Assembly (NCBI GenBank): GCA_964016885.1
Contig: OZ024745.1
Coordinates: 6,014,001-6,078,000, forward strand
Direction: 5' to 3'
Length of the DNA stretch: 64,000 bases
Source of the DNA: Eledone cirrhosa
Lineage: Eukaryota
Positions 12,363 to 24,920 of the stretch are shown here, piece after piece. Both the position numbers and the translations under genes were made by a program. Below the pieces are notes generated by a model that was not told where the DNA came from, did no database searches, and was given only the letters and a program-made list of their open reading frames with translations. Positions within the stretch are counted from its first letter, which is position 1. Every line of letters starts with the position of its first letter.

Positions 12363-12666
12363 AGCAGTAGTAGTAGCAGTAGTAGTAGTAGTAGTAGTAA
12401 TAGTAGTAGTAGTAGTAGCAGTTGAAGTAGTAGTAGTAGTAGCAGCATTAGTAGTAGTAGTAGTAGTAGTAGTAGCATTAGTAGTAGTAGTAGTAGTAGT
12501 AGCATTAGTAGTAGTAGTAGTAGTAGTAGCATTAGTAGTAGTAGTAGTAGTAGTAGTAGCATTAGTAGTAGTAGTAGTAGTAGCAGCATTAGTAGTAGTA
12601 GTAGTAGTAGTAGCATTAGTAGTAGTAGTAGTAGTAGCAGCATTAGTAGTAGTAGTAGTAGTAGTG
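11313..12666. repeat. (CCA)n then (AGT)n compound microsatellite
   Basis: Directly visible. Confidence 0.95.
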
Positions 12667-12983
12667 TTTAGTAACAGACAATCTCTATATTCCAATGTTC
12701 CATCTTCAATACATGTTATTTCATATTTCTTTCTTTATTTAATGTGTTAACCATTATTACAGCCGACATTTGCAATAACTTACATCTCTCTCTCTCTCTC
12801 TCACCTCTTACTCTCTCTATCTCCCACACCTCTTACTCACTCTCATCACTTACTCTCTCTCACCTCTTACTCTGCCTCTCCCGTCTCCCGCTCTCTATCT
12901 CTCCTTCACACAACACACATAATTTCTCTCTCTCTGTCTGTATATGTACGATTATATATACATAATACGTATGTATATGTAAG

Positions 12984-13054
<71 letters not shown>

Positions 13055-13057
<3 letters not shown>

Positions 13058-13282
13058 GAAAGGTATAGAAATTGTTGTAGCGAGAAGCTATATATAGGAA
13101 CGAGTAGGACCCCGACGGCTGTACTCAAGCCGTTTCGACGGCATATTCAGTCCAGAATTAGCCGTCGAAAAGGCTTGAGCTCTGCCGCCGGGGTCATACG
13201 TTTTCCTATGTCCCACTCTACTACCCTAAGTATTGAGTACTCTGGTGTGTTATGGTCCATCTGGTTCCTTACCACAATTCTT

Positions 13283-13288
<6 letters not shown>
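13055..13288 (+). mobile_element. Family A copy with fold-back at about 13145
   Basis: Homologous to 7865-8008; 13095-13142 is the inverted arm. Confidence 0.75.
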
Positions 13289-13339
<51 letters not shown>

Positions 13340-13346
<7 letters not shown>

Positions 13347-13521
13347 AGATCAAAAGATGGTTAAAGGAGTTCAATATATTTTATTATGCGCATTTCAAAA
13401 ACAAACATCATCAAACAATAATATTGATCTTATATTATGCATACTCCAGTCCCACAAACTGTAGAGTGCTTCTTATCCGATATCTGCATTGCTTTATTGT
13501 ACTACAATAAAACTCACCTCC

Positions 13522-13524
<3 letters not shown>
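13340..13524 (+). mobile_element. Short PLE-like element with an internal inversion carrying the 3' half of an HHR
   Basis: Minus-strand tgatgatgtttgtttttGAAAtgcgcaTAataaaata resembles the 32.8-kb HHR. The plus-strand 3' end has ACTC..GAGTGC. Confidence 0.55.
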
Positions 13525-13576
<52 letters not shown>

Positions 13577-13579
<3 letters not shown>

Positions 13580-14096
13580 GATAAATCTACCAAAAGTTTA
13601 CGGTAGTGTCCAATCCGTATGAAGAACTCAATGTAATCCGGATATCATGAAAAGAGAAGATGCATTCAAAAACTACTTTCGGTGAAAAATAAACGGAAAA
13701 CAGAGTCAAGATAAATTAATAAAATAATGAATAAACAAAGAAACAGTTCCTTATATTAAAAAAAATTCATCATTTTACGATCGTTTCTAGGATATATATG
13801 TGTTAGAGTTGGTATGCATATTCTATAGATCTATGTACAATATTTATACAAACTATCAGAGGGAATATACATACCTACACATATATATGCTGTCTTCAGA
13901 AATAAGATTATTTCTGAAGACAGCATATATATGTGTAGGTATGTATATTCCCTCTGATAGTTTGTATAAATATTGTACATAGATCTATAGAATATGCATA
14001 CCAACTCTAACACATATATATCCTAGAAACGATCGTAAAATGATGAATTTTTTTTAATATAAGGAACTGTTTCTTTGTTTATTCATTATTTTATTA

Positions 14097-14101
<5 letters not shown>
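13577..14101 (-). mobile_element. Non-coding PLE-like element with an about 390-bp perfect palindrome centred at 13906/13907
   Basis: 13712-13905 is the reverse complement of 13908-14101; TA-flanked. Confidence 0.85.
13910..14041 (+). ncRNA. Hammerhead ribozyme with about 105-nt stem II; mirror copy at about 13772-13903 (-)
   Basis: AUUU-CUGAAGA-cAGcAUAUAUAUGUGU...ACACAUAUAUAUcCUa-GAAA-CGAUCG-UA-AAAU. Confidence 0.75.
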
Positions 14102-14174
<73 letters not shown>

Positions 14175-14180
<6 letters not shown>

Positions 14181-14409
14181 AGAAATGTTAGCTATCGCCG
14201 TATTTTGACTAAATAAATTAAAGAAATTATTTAGCCTGATGAGTATTGACGTACATGTACGTCAATACTCATCTTTTTCCATTTCTCCGAGGGTTCTTAA
14301 CCCCACTATCAGGCTAAATAATTTCTTTAATTTCTTTAGTCAAAATACGGCGATAGCTAACATTTCTAATAATTTCAAATCCACTCGCTGTTTCGAAAAT
14401 ATTCTTACT

Positions 14410-14440
<31 letters not shown>

Positions 14441-14649
14441 ACAAAGGAAATGTGGTAAGGAACCAGGTGGACCATAACGCACCAAAGTACTCAATACTTA
14501 GGGTAGTAGAGTGGGTAATAGGAACGAGGAGGTCACCGACGGCTGAGCTCAAGCCTTTTTGACGGCTAATTCTGGACTAAAATGTCCAGAATTAGTCCAG
14601 AATTAGCCGTCGAAACGGCTTGAGCTCAGCCGTCGGGGTCCTACTCATT

Positions 14650-14652
<3 letters not shown>
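14175..14652. mobile_element. Adjacent family B and family A copies, each with a fold-back
   Basis: B palindrome gacgtacatgtacgtc at about 14255; A fold-back at about 14582; separated by (TA)n. Confidence 0.75.
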
Positions 14653-14709
<57 letters not shown>

Positions 14710-14857
14710 GAAGTTCTATTTAAATTGTTGGGATACAACAAGCAAATATTTTTATAACTGATATAAAGCACTCAACAAATAATTGGGTGCTTCCAACAGT
14801 AATGGTTGCATTCTTTAAGGGTATGTCAATATTTATTTAAAAAACTGGTCTATATTA

Positions 14858-14922
14858 TATTTTATCTGATGAAAGCACACCATAATTTAACTTCGTGTCC
14901 TTGAAACATGTATAATGAAATA
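14858..14922 (+). ncRNA. Hammerhead ribozyme (same family as 9357 and 24405)
   Basis: UAUUUUAU-CUGAUGA-AAGCACAC...GUGUCCUU-GAAA-CAUGUA-UA-AUGAAAUA; downstream sequence homologous to 24466-24505. Confidence 0.7.
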
Positions 14923-14962
14923 AATATGGTTTTATAAATATAGTTTCCATTTGTTAATATCG

Positions 14963-15061
<99 letters not shown>

Positions 15062-15079
15062 ATATATATATATATATAT

Positions 15080-15337
15080 AAAGAAAAAAAGCTGAAATCG
15101 AAAATGCAACTGGAGTCTTATTTTAAAAAAATATATATATTTATTTGGTTCCTTTACCGGTTTCGCAGTTCTTCTGCTTTTCAAAAGTAGAGTTCAGATG
15201 GAGGGTTTGTGGTTTTTCTCACATCTCAACTCTACTTTTGAAAAGCAGAAGAACTGCGAAACCGGTAAAGGAACCAAATAAATATATATATATTTTTTTA
15301 AAATAAGACTCCAGTTGCATTTTCGATTTCATCTTTT
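15080..15337. mobile_element. Fold-back palindrome (arms about 115 bp) containing a minimal HHR on each arm
   Basis: 15083-15200 is inverted at 15222-15331. Confidence 0.75.
15235..15270 (+). ncRNA. Minimal hammerhead, U3-A8 variant; mirror copy at 15152-15187 (-)
   Basis: CUU-UUGAAAA-GCAG(AAGAA)CUGC-GAAA-CCGG-UA-AAG. Confidence 0.65.
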
Positions 15338-15351
15338 TATATATATATATA

Positions 15352-16458
15352 TAAATCAGGAAACGACATTCTTTAAACTTATAGATAAACACTTCCCTAT
15401 CTCACATAGATATCACAAAATACTCAATAGATCTACCATAAAACTCTCATACTCGACAGCAGCAAATATAGAATCACACATACGCAGGATCAACCACAGA
15501 AATATCTCTAGTAAATCAACCGCACCTATGCATAACGTAGCACCAAATTATAAGCATAAACACATCACAACCGCAAGCGCATACAAACGCGCAGCAACAA
15601 AACCCCAATGAGCATATATCACAACCCACTTATAACAGAGTACTAAACAGGAGTGTAGAAGCCGCACAAAATAGCGCCTCTAACTGTAACTGTCACCTAC
15701 CAGATAGGTGCCCATTGGCGAACAGATGCCTCGATTCGAGCCTGGTGTACATGTGCACGGTCATCTCGGATAACTCCACCTGGAATCACATAGGATCCAC
15801 CGCGGGTTCTTTTAAAAAAAGATGGTATGTGCACAGGCACTCAATGAAAAACCGTGCACTTATGGGTTCCACAACCCTCGCCAAAAAAATATGGGAACTG
15901 AAGGACAGCAGCACTAACTACAGCATTAACTGGTCGAAGTTGTCGGCTGCTAAAACCTATAGTACAGGTATGTCCCACTGCGGGCTATGTGATCTAGAAC
16001 TAATGTATATCCTCAAAAATGTAAAAAGGCTACTTAACAATAAGTTAGAAAGATCTATCTTCTGCAGACATAGAATTGCCACTAAATTCATAAGATTCAA
16101 ACCTCCGTGAATCGAACCAACGCAACATAGCTTTAAACTAGGATACCCACTACCCTGCATAAATCACCACAGAAATATACTCATTAAGTACACTCTAGCC
16201 TTCACAAGTCTTTACCACACAAATATCTGTAAGTACCTCATCAATCCATAAACTTATTTCTTCTCAGCTGCTGCCATCACTTGATCCTAAATCCAAGAAT
16301 TTCTCAAATCACTACTACAATGTAACTTTACCTTCCTTTTGCCATAATTACAGTCAGCATGTTTATCTCTTTGCATATATGTATGTATTTGTACGAGTGT
16401 ATATTGATGTGTATGTATGTATCTATGTACACATGCGTGTGTATATATATGTGTGGTG

Positions 16459-16531
<73 letters not shown>

Positions 16532-17346
16532 TGCCTCCTTAACCTCTGTATTAACTCGCCCACTATTTAGCTTTGACAGTGTTGTCCCATACATGTATGT
16601 TATTGAAGATGAAAAGAAAGACTGTATTCTCATCTAATGTAGACCACACAAATTCTACTCAATGATAAATACTTCGTCGGTCAGATAAATACTGAACATT
16701 ACGGCCACCTGACCTATATTGGTGATAAACACCGGCTTATCTTTAAAACTGATACAATACACCCTACGACATGCCAAACTTATACTTCTGCTTCATGTCA
16801 GCTAGTTTTACACGCCGAAATCTTAGATACACTATACCCCCCCCCCCCCCCCCCCCACACACACACACCTAATGTAATGTCAGGGTCTCCTCAAATAATT
16901 TATTACTAGCATTGTTGTAATTGTTGTTATTGTTCTAACTGAATGCCATTACTACTTCATATAGTAGCCTGTATATTCCATTCATGCCTGTATATTCTCT
17001 TCATTCTCGCATGCTCCGAAGAACTGACTGGTTATAATTTTGTATTGGCGATCGAGTAACGTGAAAACAAGCGAATAGCGATCTCTAGACCTACCAGTTC
17101 AGAGAAACAATTGTCAGCAATGAGATTAAAAACCTTTTTTTGTATTGCAAACCATGTCAACCTTCTTTCCCGATTTATTATTACTCCAAGTGTTTACAAC
17201 ATAGGAATTGCAGCGTACTCGCAACATCACTATGAATACGCCTTGTTGAGTCAAACCAAGCCTAGCGTTGATATCATCCACTACCCGGAATACCATAACT
17301 GGACTACACCTAAGGGGACTGGATATAACTATTATTTGTTACCCCG

Positions 17347-17348
<2 letters not shown>
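15352..17348 (+). mobile_element. 5'-truncated Penelope-like element (possibly Naiad clade) with disrupted GIY-YIG ORF at about 15355-16110 and a long 3' UTR
   Basis: [23 protein letters not shown]-x5-CPL-x3-C, LVYMC..HIGST..FKKRW..H, C-x2-C..E and LLN. Stop and frameshift near 15610-15680; TA-flanked. Confidence 0.85.
17012..17119 (+). ncRNA. Hammerhead ribozyme with long stem II and CCGAAGA core in the PLE 3' region
   Basis: UGCU-CCGAAGA-aCUGACUGGU...ACCAGuUCAGa-GAAA-CAAUUG-UC-AGCA. Confidence 0.7.
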
Positions 17349-17431
<83 letters not shown>

Positions 17432-17671
17432 ACTAGAAATTGATTGACATATATATATATAAAATAAACATGAAACAATGGCAGGGAATAATTTGTAAAA
17501 GTGTGTAGGCACACCTGGCTAGGTAGGTAACTAATTAAAGTTTAACTAGAACTTTAAATATAGATCTGTTCATAGATCGATATAGATCGCATCTATTCAT
17601 TGGAATCTTGGAGCATATTCTACAGTGGATATGGCGCATGTCTCCTGACATGACACCCTTAATTTAATTTT

Positions 17672-17898
<227 letters not shown>

Positions 17899-18194
17899 TA
17901 TATATATATATTATAAAGTATGTCCATAGAATCATTTATATATAAATATATATGTGTGTGTGTGCGCGCGTGTGTGTGTGTGACATCTGACTCTACCTTT
18001 CTCTCAACCACTGAATATATCCCCCCCTAACCTTAGTGTCACAATTTCTCTTTTCTTTAATCCCCCCCTCTCTTACTCTCTCTATCTCACTTTCTCTGCT
18101 TCAACCCCCATATCCCCCCATATCACCCACCCCCCAAACTCTCTCTTTTCAATAATATTTTTATTTTATTGATTTGTTTGTATTTATGTAAGAG

Positions 18195-20005
18195 ACGCCC
18201 CACCACCATCCCCCCTACCCCACTGCCACCCCTACCCGACTACACCCAGGACCCACGTCACCCTACCACACCCCACTACATCCCCACCTCAACCCCACCA
18301 CACCCCACTACATCCCACCTCACCCACTACATCCCACCTCACCCCACTACATCCCCACCTCAACACCACTACACCCCACTACACCCGACCACACCCCACT
18401 ACACCCCACCTCACCCCACTAAATCCCACCTCACCCCACTACAACCACACCTCACCCCACCCCACCCCACTACATCCCCACCTCAACCCCACCACACCCC
18501 ACTACATCCCACTACATCCCCACCTCAACCCCACTACACCCCACTACACCCCCATCACACACCACTATACCCCTACCTCACCCCACTACATCCCACCACA
18601 CCCCACTACATCCCCACTTCAACCCCACCTCACCCCACTACATCCCACCACACCCGACTACATCCCCACTTCAACCCCACCTCACCCCACTACATCCCAC
18701 CACACCCCACTACATCCCCACCTCACCCCACTACATCCCACCACACCCCACTACATCCCCACCTCACACCACTACACATCATCTCAACCCACTACATCCA
18801 CACCTCACCCCACCACACCCCACTACACCCCACCACACCCCACTACACCCCCGCCTCAACCCACTACATCCCCACCTCAACCCCACTACACCCCACCTCA
18901 CCCCACTACATCCAACCTCACCCCACTACATCCCCACCTCAACCCCACCACACCCCACTACATCCCACCACACCTCACTACACCCCCAACTCACACAACT
19001 ACACACCATCTCACTCTACTACACACCACTACATCCCACCCCACCCCACTACACCCCCACCTCACACCACTACATCCCACCTCACCCCACTACTTCCCAC
19101 CACACCCCACTACACCCCCACCTCACACCACTACACCCCACCTCACCCCACTACACCCCACCCCACACCACTACACACCACCTAACTCCACTACACCCCC
19201 ACCTCACACCACTACATCCCACCTCACCCCACTACATCCCACCACACCCCACTACACCCCCACCTACCCCACTACACCCCACCACACCCCACTACACACC
19301 CACCTCACACCACTACATACCACCTCACACCACTACACCCCACCTCACACCACTACACACCACCTAACCCCACTACACCCCCACCTCACACCACTACACA
19401 CATTCTCCCCCTACTACACCCCACCACACCCCACTACACCCCACTTCACCCCACCTCACACCACTACACCCCACCACATCCCACTACACCAACACCTCAC
19501 ACCACTACACACCATCTCCCCCCACCATACCCCACTACACCCCCACTACACACCATCTCCCCCTACTACACCCCCCCCCCCCACTACATCCCGCTACACC
19601 CCCCCACACCACTACACGCCTTCCCCCCCACTACACCCCTCCACACCCCACTACACCCCACCACACACCACAACATCCCACTACACCCCCCTCCCCCTCA
19701 CTACCCCCCCCCCCCCACTACACCCCACCATACCCCACTACACCCCACTACACACCACCACACACACTACACCCCCCACTACGCCCACACCTCGCACCAC
19801 AACCCCCCCCCCCCCTACACCCCCGCCACACCCCACTACACCCCCACCAGACACCACTACACATCATCTCCCCCACTACACCCCACCACACACCACTACA
19901 CCCCCACTTCACCCCACCACACCCCCACTACACACCCACCTCACACCACCACACCCCACTACACACCCACCTCACACCACTACACACCATCTCCCCACCA
20001 TCTCA
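18195..20005. repeat. C-rich low-complexity repeat of (CCCCACTACA)/(CCCCACCTCA)-like units
   Basis: Directly visible. Confidence 0.9.
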
Positions 20006-20094
20006 CGTCAGACCTTTAAATCTCAACCCAGTTCTATAGTTTCTACCATCAAACAATATTTTCTCTCCCAATTTCAAATATTTTGTTTCTCATT

Positions 20095-21320
20095 CCACCA
20101 CCACCACTACCACTACCACCGCTACCACCACCACCACTACCACTACCACTACCACCACCACCACCACCACCACCACCTCCACCTCCACCACCACTACCAC
20201 CACCACCACCACCACCACCACCACCACCAACACCACCACTACCACCACCACCACCAACACCACCACTACCACCACCACTACCACCACCACCACCACTACC
20301 ACCACTACCACCACCACCACCACCACTACCACCACCACCACCACTACCACCACTGCCACCACCACCACCACCACTACCACCACCACTACCACCACCACCA
20401 CTACTACTACCACCACCACTACCACTACCACCACCACCACCACTACCAACACCACTACCACCTCCACCTCCACCTCCACCTCCACTACCACTACCACGAC
20501 GACGACGACCACCACCACCACCACCACTACCACCACCACTACCACTACCATTACTACCACCACCACCACCACTACCACTACCACCACCATCATCACTACC
20601 ATCACCACCACCATCATCACCACCACTACCACCACCACTACCACCACCACCACTACCACCACCACTACCACCACTACCACTACCACCTCCACCTTCACAC
20701 TACCACCACCACCACCACCACCACTACCACCACCATCATCACTACCATCACCACCACTACCACCACCACCACTACCACCACCACTACCACCACCACCACT
20801 ACCACCACCACTACCACCACCACCACCACCACCACCACCACCACTACCACCACCACCTCCACCTCCACCACCACTACCACCTCCACCTCCACACCACCAC
20901 CACCACTACCACCACCACCACTACCACCACCACTACCACCACCACCACTACCACCACCACTACCACCACCACAACCACCACCACCACTACCACCACCACC
21001 TCCACCTCCACCACCACTACCACCACCACTACCACCACCACCACCACCACCACCACCACCACTACCACCACCACCTCCACCTCCACCACCACTACCACCT
21101 CCACCTCCACACCACCACCACCACTACCACCACCACCACTACCACCACCACTACCACCACCACCACTACCACCACCACTACCACCACCACAACCACCACC
21201 ACCACTACCACCACCACCTCCACCTCCACCACCACTACCACCTCCACCTCCACACCACCACCACCACTACCACCACCACCACCACCACCACCACCACCAC
21301 CACCACCATCACTACTACCA
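20095..21320. repeat. (CCA)/(CTA) trinucleotide microsatellite
   Basis: Directly visible. Confidence 0.95.
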
Positions 21321-21360
21321 CATATATATATGTATATATATATATATATATACATATATG

Positions 21361-21408
<48 letters not shown>

Positions 21409-21420
21409 TATGTATACATA

Positions 21421-21519
<99 letters not shown>

Positions 21520-21799
21520 TTATACATATCTCCCTCCATTTCTGTTCGCCCCTCACCGCCGCCATCTCTCTCCATTCTGTTTAAAACTTTCTAGAAGCCA
21601 TTGATGTTGTTTTATAAAAGCCATTTGAAAAGCAACATCAAATGGCTGAGTAGGTTTGTGACGTCCATTGCAGCCTCTTACGGCGGCTCCAGGGGGAAAT
21701 AAAATAACGAATCGCCGTTTCACTTCTAAGACGGGTAGCACCACAATGAAATAGACGTAAAAAAATTATAACCTGTGGGAGGAGAGGGGCGATAGGGGG

Positions 21800-21819
21800 G
21801 AGCGTGTGAACGTGTGTGT

Positions 21820-21850
<31 letters not shown>

Positions 21851-22044
21851 AGCGTGGGGGAGGGGGAGCGTGTGTGTGTGTGAGCGTGGGGGAGGGGGAG
21901 CGTGTGTGTGTGTGTGAGCGTGTGTGTGTGTGACCGTGTGTGAGCGTGTGTGTGTGTGAGCGTGTGTGTGAGCGTGTGTGTGAGCGTGTGTGTGAGCGTG
22001 TGTGTGTGAGCGCGCGCGTGTGTGTGTGTGTGTGTGTGTGTGCA

Positions 22045-22075
<31 letters not shown>

Positions 22076-22460
22076 CAGCGTGTGTGTGTGTGTGTGTGCG
22101 TGAGCATGTGTGTGTGTAAGCGTGTGCGTGTGTGTATGTCAGCGTGTGTGTGTGTGAGCGTGCGTGTGTGGGTGTGTGAACGTGTGTGTGTGTGTGAGTG
22201 TGTGTGTGTGTGAGCGTGTGTGTGTGTGTGAACGTGTGTGTGTGTGTGTGTGTGAACATATGTGTGTGTGTGTGTGAACGTGTATGTGTGAGCGTGTGTG
22301 GGTGTGTGAACGTGTGTGTGTGTGTGAGTGTGTGTGTGTGTGTGAACGTGTGTGTGTGTGTGTGAACATATGTGTGTGTGTGTGTGTGAACGTGTATGTG
22401 TGAGCGCGTGTGTGTGTGTGAACGTGTGTGTGTATGTGTTCGTGTGTGTGTGTGTGTGTG
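21800..22460. repeat. Interrupted (GT)n microsatellite
   Basis: Directly visible. Confidence 0.95.
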
Positions 22461-22644
22461 TGATTATACATGTATCTATGCATGTATGTACACATGTATT
22501 TGTTTATTTATGTATGTATTTATGTACATTATGCATGTCTATATATGTATAAATGTAGTCATATTATGAGTGTGTACCTATATTTCTATATACATTTATA
22601 TGTATAAATAAATGTATATGTGCACACACAGATAAATATGTATG

Positions 22645-22675
<31 letters not shown>

Positions 22676-22779
22676 AAATGCTCTGAAATAGCGATATATA
22701 TGTGAAGATAGACATAGAATATTCGAAAATATTCTGTATGTTTATAATAAACATTTTGAAGACCTAATCGCTATAGAAT

Positions 22780-23793
22780 AGAATACGTCACGACTACCCA
22801 AGTAAACATCCCAACCATCGATTACCTGTACTAGACACAGAGCTCTGGTTAGATACCATTAACAACAAAAAACAAATCCTCCATTCCCATTATGCCAAAC
22901 CCATGACTTCCAAACATCTGATCCACCGAAACTCGGCCATTTCGGACCATACCAAAATTAACATACTGATTGCGGATTTGGTACGGGTGATGAGAAATGT
23001 GTCCCGCATGTGCAACCCCGAAGAACTAGAGAGACACATACAACACTTCATCCACCGTATGCAGTTCTCTGGCTACAATCAGAGAGATAGAATCAGAGTG
23101 TATAGAGGAGCCAGAACCAAATGGGAAAAAATGGTAAATAATGACATAAATGGGACCTGCCCCTTGTATAGGAGCAAAGTTTTGAATAGAATAGAAAGAA
23201 CTAGGAACAAGGCTAATAGAATAAACTCATGGTATGATAGCAATAAATACCAGAGTGTAATGTTCATCGATACAACCCCTAGAGGTGAACTAGCTTACAA
23301 ATTTAGAAGGGCCCTAAATAAACATAAACTCAGTATTAAGATAGTAGAAAGACCAAGTACCTCCGTAAAAACACTTATTAGCAAGACATACCCTTTTCAA
23401 AGACCCTCATGTATAGATAAGAAATGTGTAACCTGTAAAATAAGCTGTAATATTAACTGTAAAACTAGAAATGTAGTGTATAGCATAAGATGTACTGAAG
23501 GACAATGTAGAGACAAAAATATAGTGTACATAGGTGAGACAGCTCGTAGTGTAGGGGAACGGATAAATGAACACTGGCGAGACCTTCAAGATAATAAAGA
23601 ATCATCTGTACTCTACCAACATGCTAAGATAGAACACAAGGGTAAATTAGAGAACATAGAAATAAAAATAGAATCTACACACAGAAAAGACGCAATGTTT
23701 AGACAAATTATAGAGGCAATAAACATAAAAGAATTACAACCAAAATTAAATAGAAAATATGAGTGGAACAGCAACATCACAACTTACAATTAA
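22780..23793 (+). CDS. Penelope-like element: RT C-terminus/thumb plus GIY-YIG endonuclease (5'-truncated, frame open)
   Basis: DYPSKH..RLPVLD, YAKPM, FSGY, a Cys cluster, NVVYSIRC..YIGETARSVGERINEH and RQIIEAINI..PKLN. Confidence 0.9.
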   Translation, partial: RIRHDYPSKHPNHRLPVLDTELWLDTINNKKQILHSHYAKPMTSKHLIHRNSAISDHTKINILIADLVRVMRNVSRMCNPEELERHIQHFIHRMQFSGYNQRDRIRVYRGARTKWEKMVNNDINGTCPLYRSKVLNRIERTRNKANRINSWYDSNKYQSVMFIDTTPRGELAYKFRRALNKHKLSIKIVERPSTSVKTLISKTYPFQRPSCIDKKCVTCKISCNINCKTRNVVYSIRCTEGQCRDKNIVYIGETARSVGERINEHWRDLQDNKESSVLYQHAKIEHKGKLENIEIKIESTHRKDAMFRQIIEAINIKELQPKLNRKYEWNSNITTYN

Positions 23794-23993
23794 GGACAAA
23801 ATGAAAACACACACACACATAGAACAAACAACCAACCAGTAACATGTAACTAAACAAATAGATAAATGAACATAAACACACACAGACACCCGGATGTGGC
23901 GCATGCTCAGACTGAGCACACAATACACACACAGAAACAAAATGGCGTAGGACAGAACAAAGGAGAGGCACAGAAACAAAGAAAGGAATCCCC

Positions 23994-24038
23994 AGTCACT
24001 GAAGAGGTCACAGAGTGTGTGACGAAAGAACTATGACT
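23994..24038 (+). ncRNA. Type I hammerhead ribozyme in the PLE 3' pLTR region
   Basis: AGUCA-CUGAAGA-GGUCACA(GAGUG)UGUGAC-GAAA-GAAC-UA-UGACU, about 200 nt after the ORF stop. Confidence 0.85.
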
Positions 24039-24242
24039 ATATATAAACAACTATCTGGTTGTGGAACCAACCAACCAACCAGAAATTTATAAATTTGTAA
24101 ATTTATAAATATATAATAAATTGAAGTGAAAGCAACTGGTGCGTGTGTTTCTTACTGGCAACATGACCCTCCCAAAGTATAACAATATCGGTCTCAACAC
24201 ACGATTTCAGATAAAGAATCTTGCTAAACAAATTCAGAAACG

Positions 24243-24307
<65 letters not shown>

Positions 24308-24308
<1 letters not shown>

Positions 24309-24601
24309 CGGTTCAAGTCATCCCTGGATATCCTTTCCAGGGATGACTTCAACCGTTTAAGGTATCCTCCTTGGTCATGCCAAATATTTATAAAACAAAC
24401 TTTGTATTTTATCTGATGAGAGCGTACCAAAGTTGTTGTACCCTTGAAATATATATAATAGAATAAATATGGTTTTATAAATATAGTTTCCATTTATTTA
24501 ATATCATTGAATATTTACTCCAGAAAGCTGTCGAGTGCTCTGAATCAGTTATAAACATTTATATTTATCTGTTGTATTTCCAACAAATTAAATATCCCTT
24601 C

Positions 24602-24606
<5 letters not shown>
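24308..24606 (+). mobile_element. 300-bp non-coding PLE-like element: 5' hairpin, HHR, 3' motif
   Basis: 5' palindrome acggttcaagtcatccctgga/tccagggatgacttcaaccgt; homologous to 9220-9430 (-); TA-flanked. Confidence 0.8.
24405..24465 (+). ncRNA. Type I hammerhead ribozyme
   Basis: UAUUUUAU-CUGAUGA-GAGCGUAC...GUACCCUU-GAAA-UAUAUA-UA-AUAGAAUA. Confidence 0.8.
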
Positions 24607-24652
<46 letters not shown>

Positions 24653-24823
24653 AAATGTGCACGTATATGTATATATGCATAGAAACACAATATATTAAAA
24701 TTGGCTCTTACAGGATTAGTTCTTATTATTTCCTTCTTTAAGAATTCGTCAGAGGTATATTTATATACCTATATATGTATATATATATGTATACACACAC
24801 ACATACATATACTTCTACCTCTT

Positions 24824-24869
<46 letters not shown>

Positions 24870-24884
24870 TTCTACCTCACACAC

Positions 24885-24920
<36 letters not shown>

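Noticed and set aside
14231-14275. CTGATGA hammerhead core at 14236
   Set aside because: It appears to be created by a deletion in the inverted arm, and there is no matching GAAA or stems.
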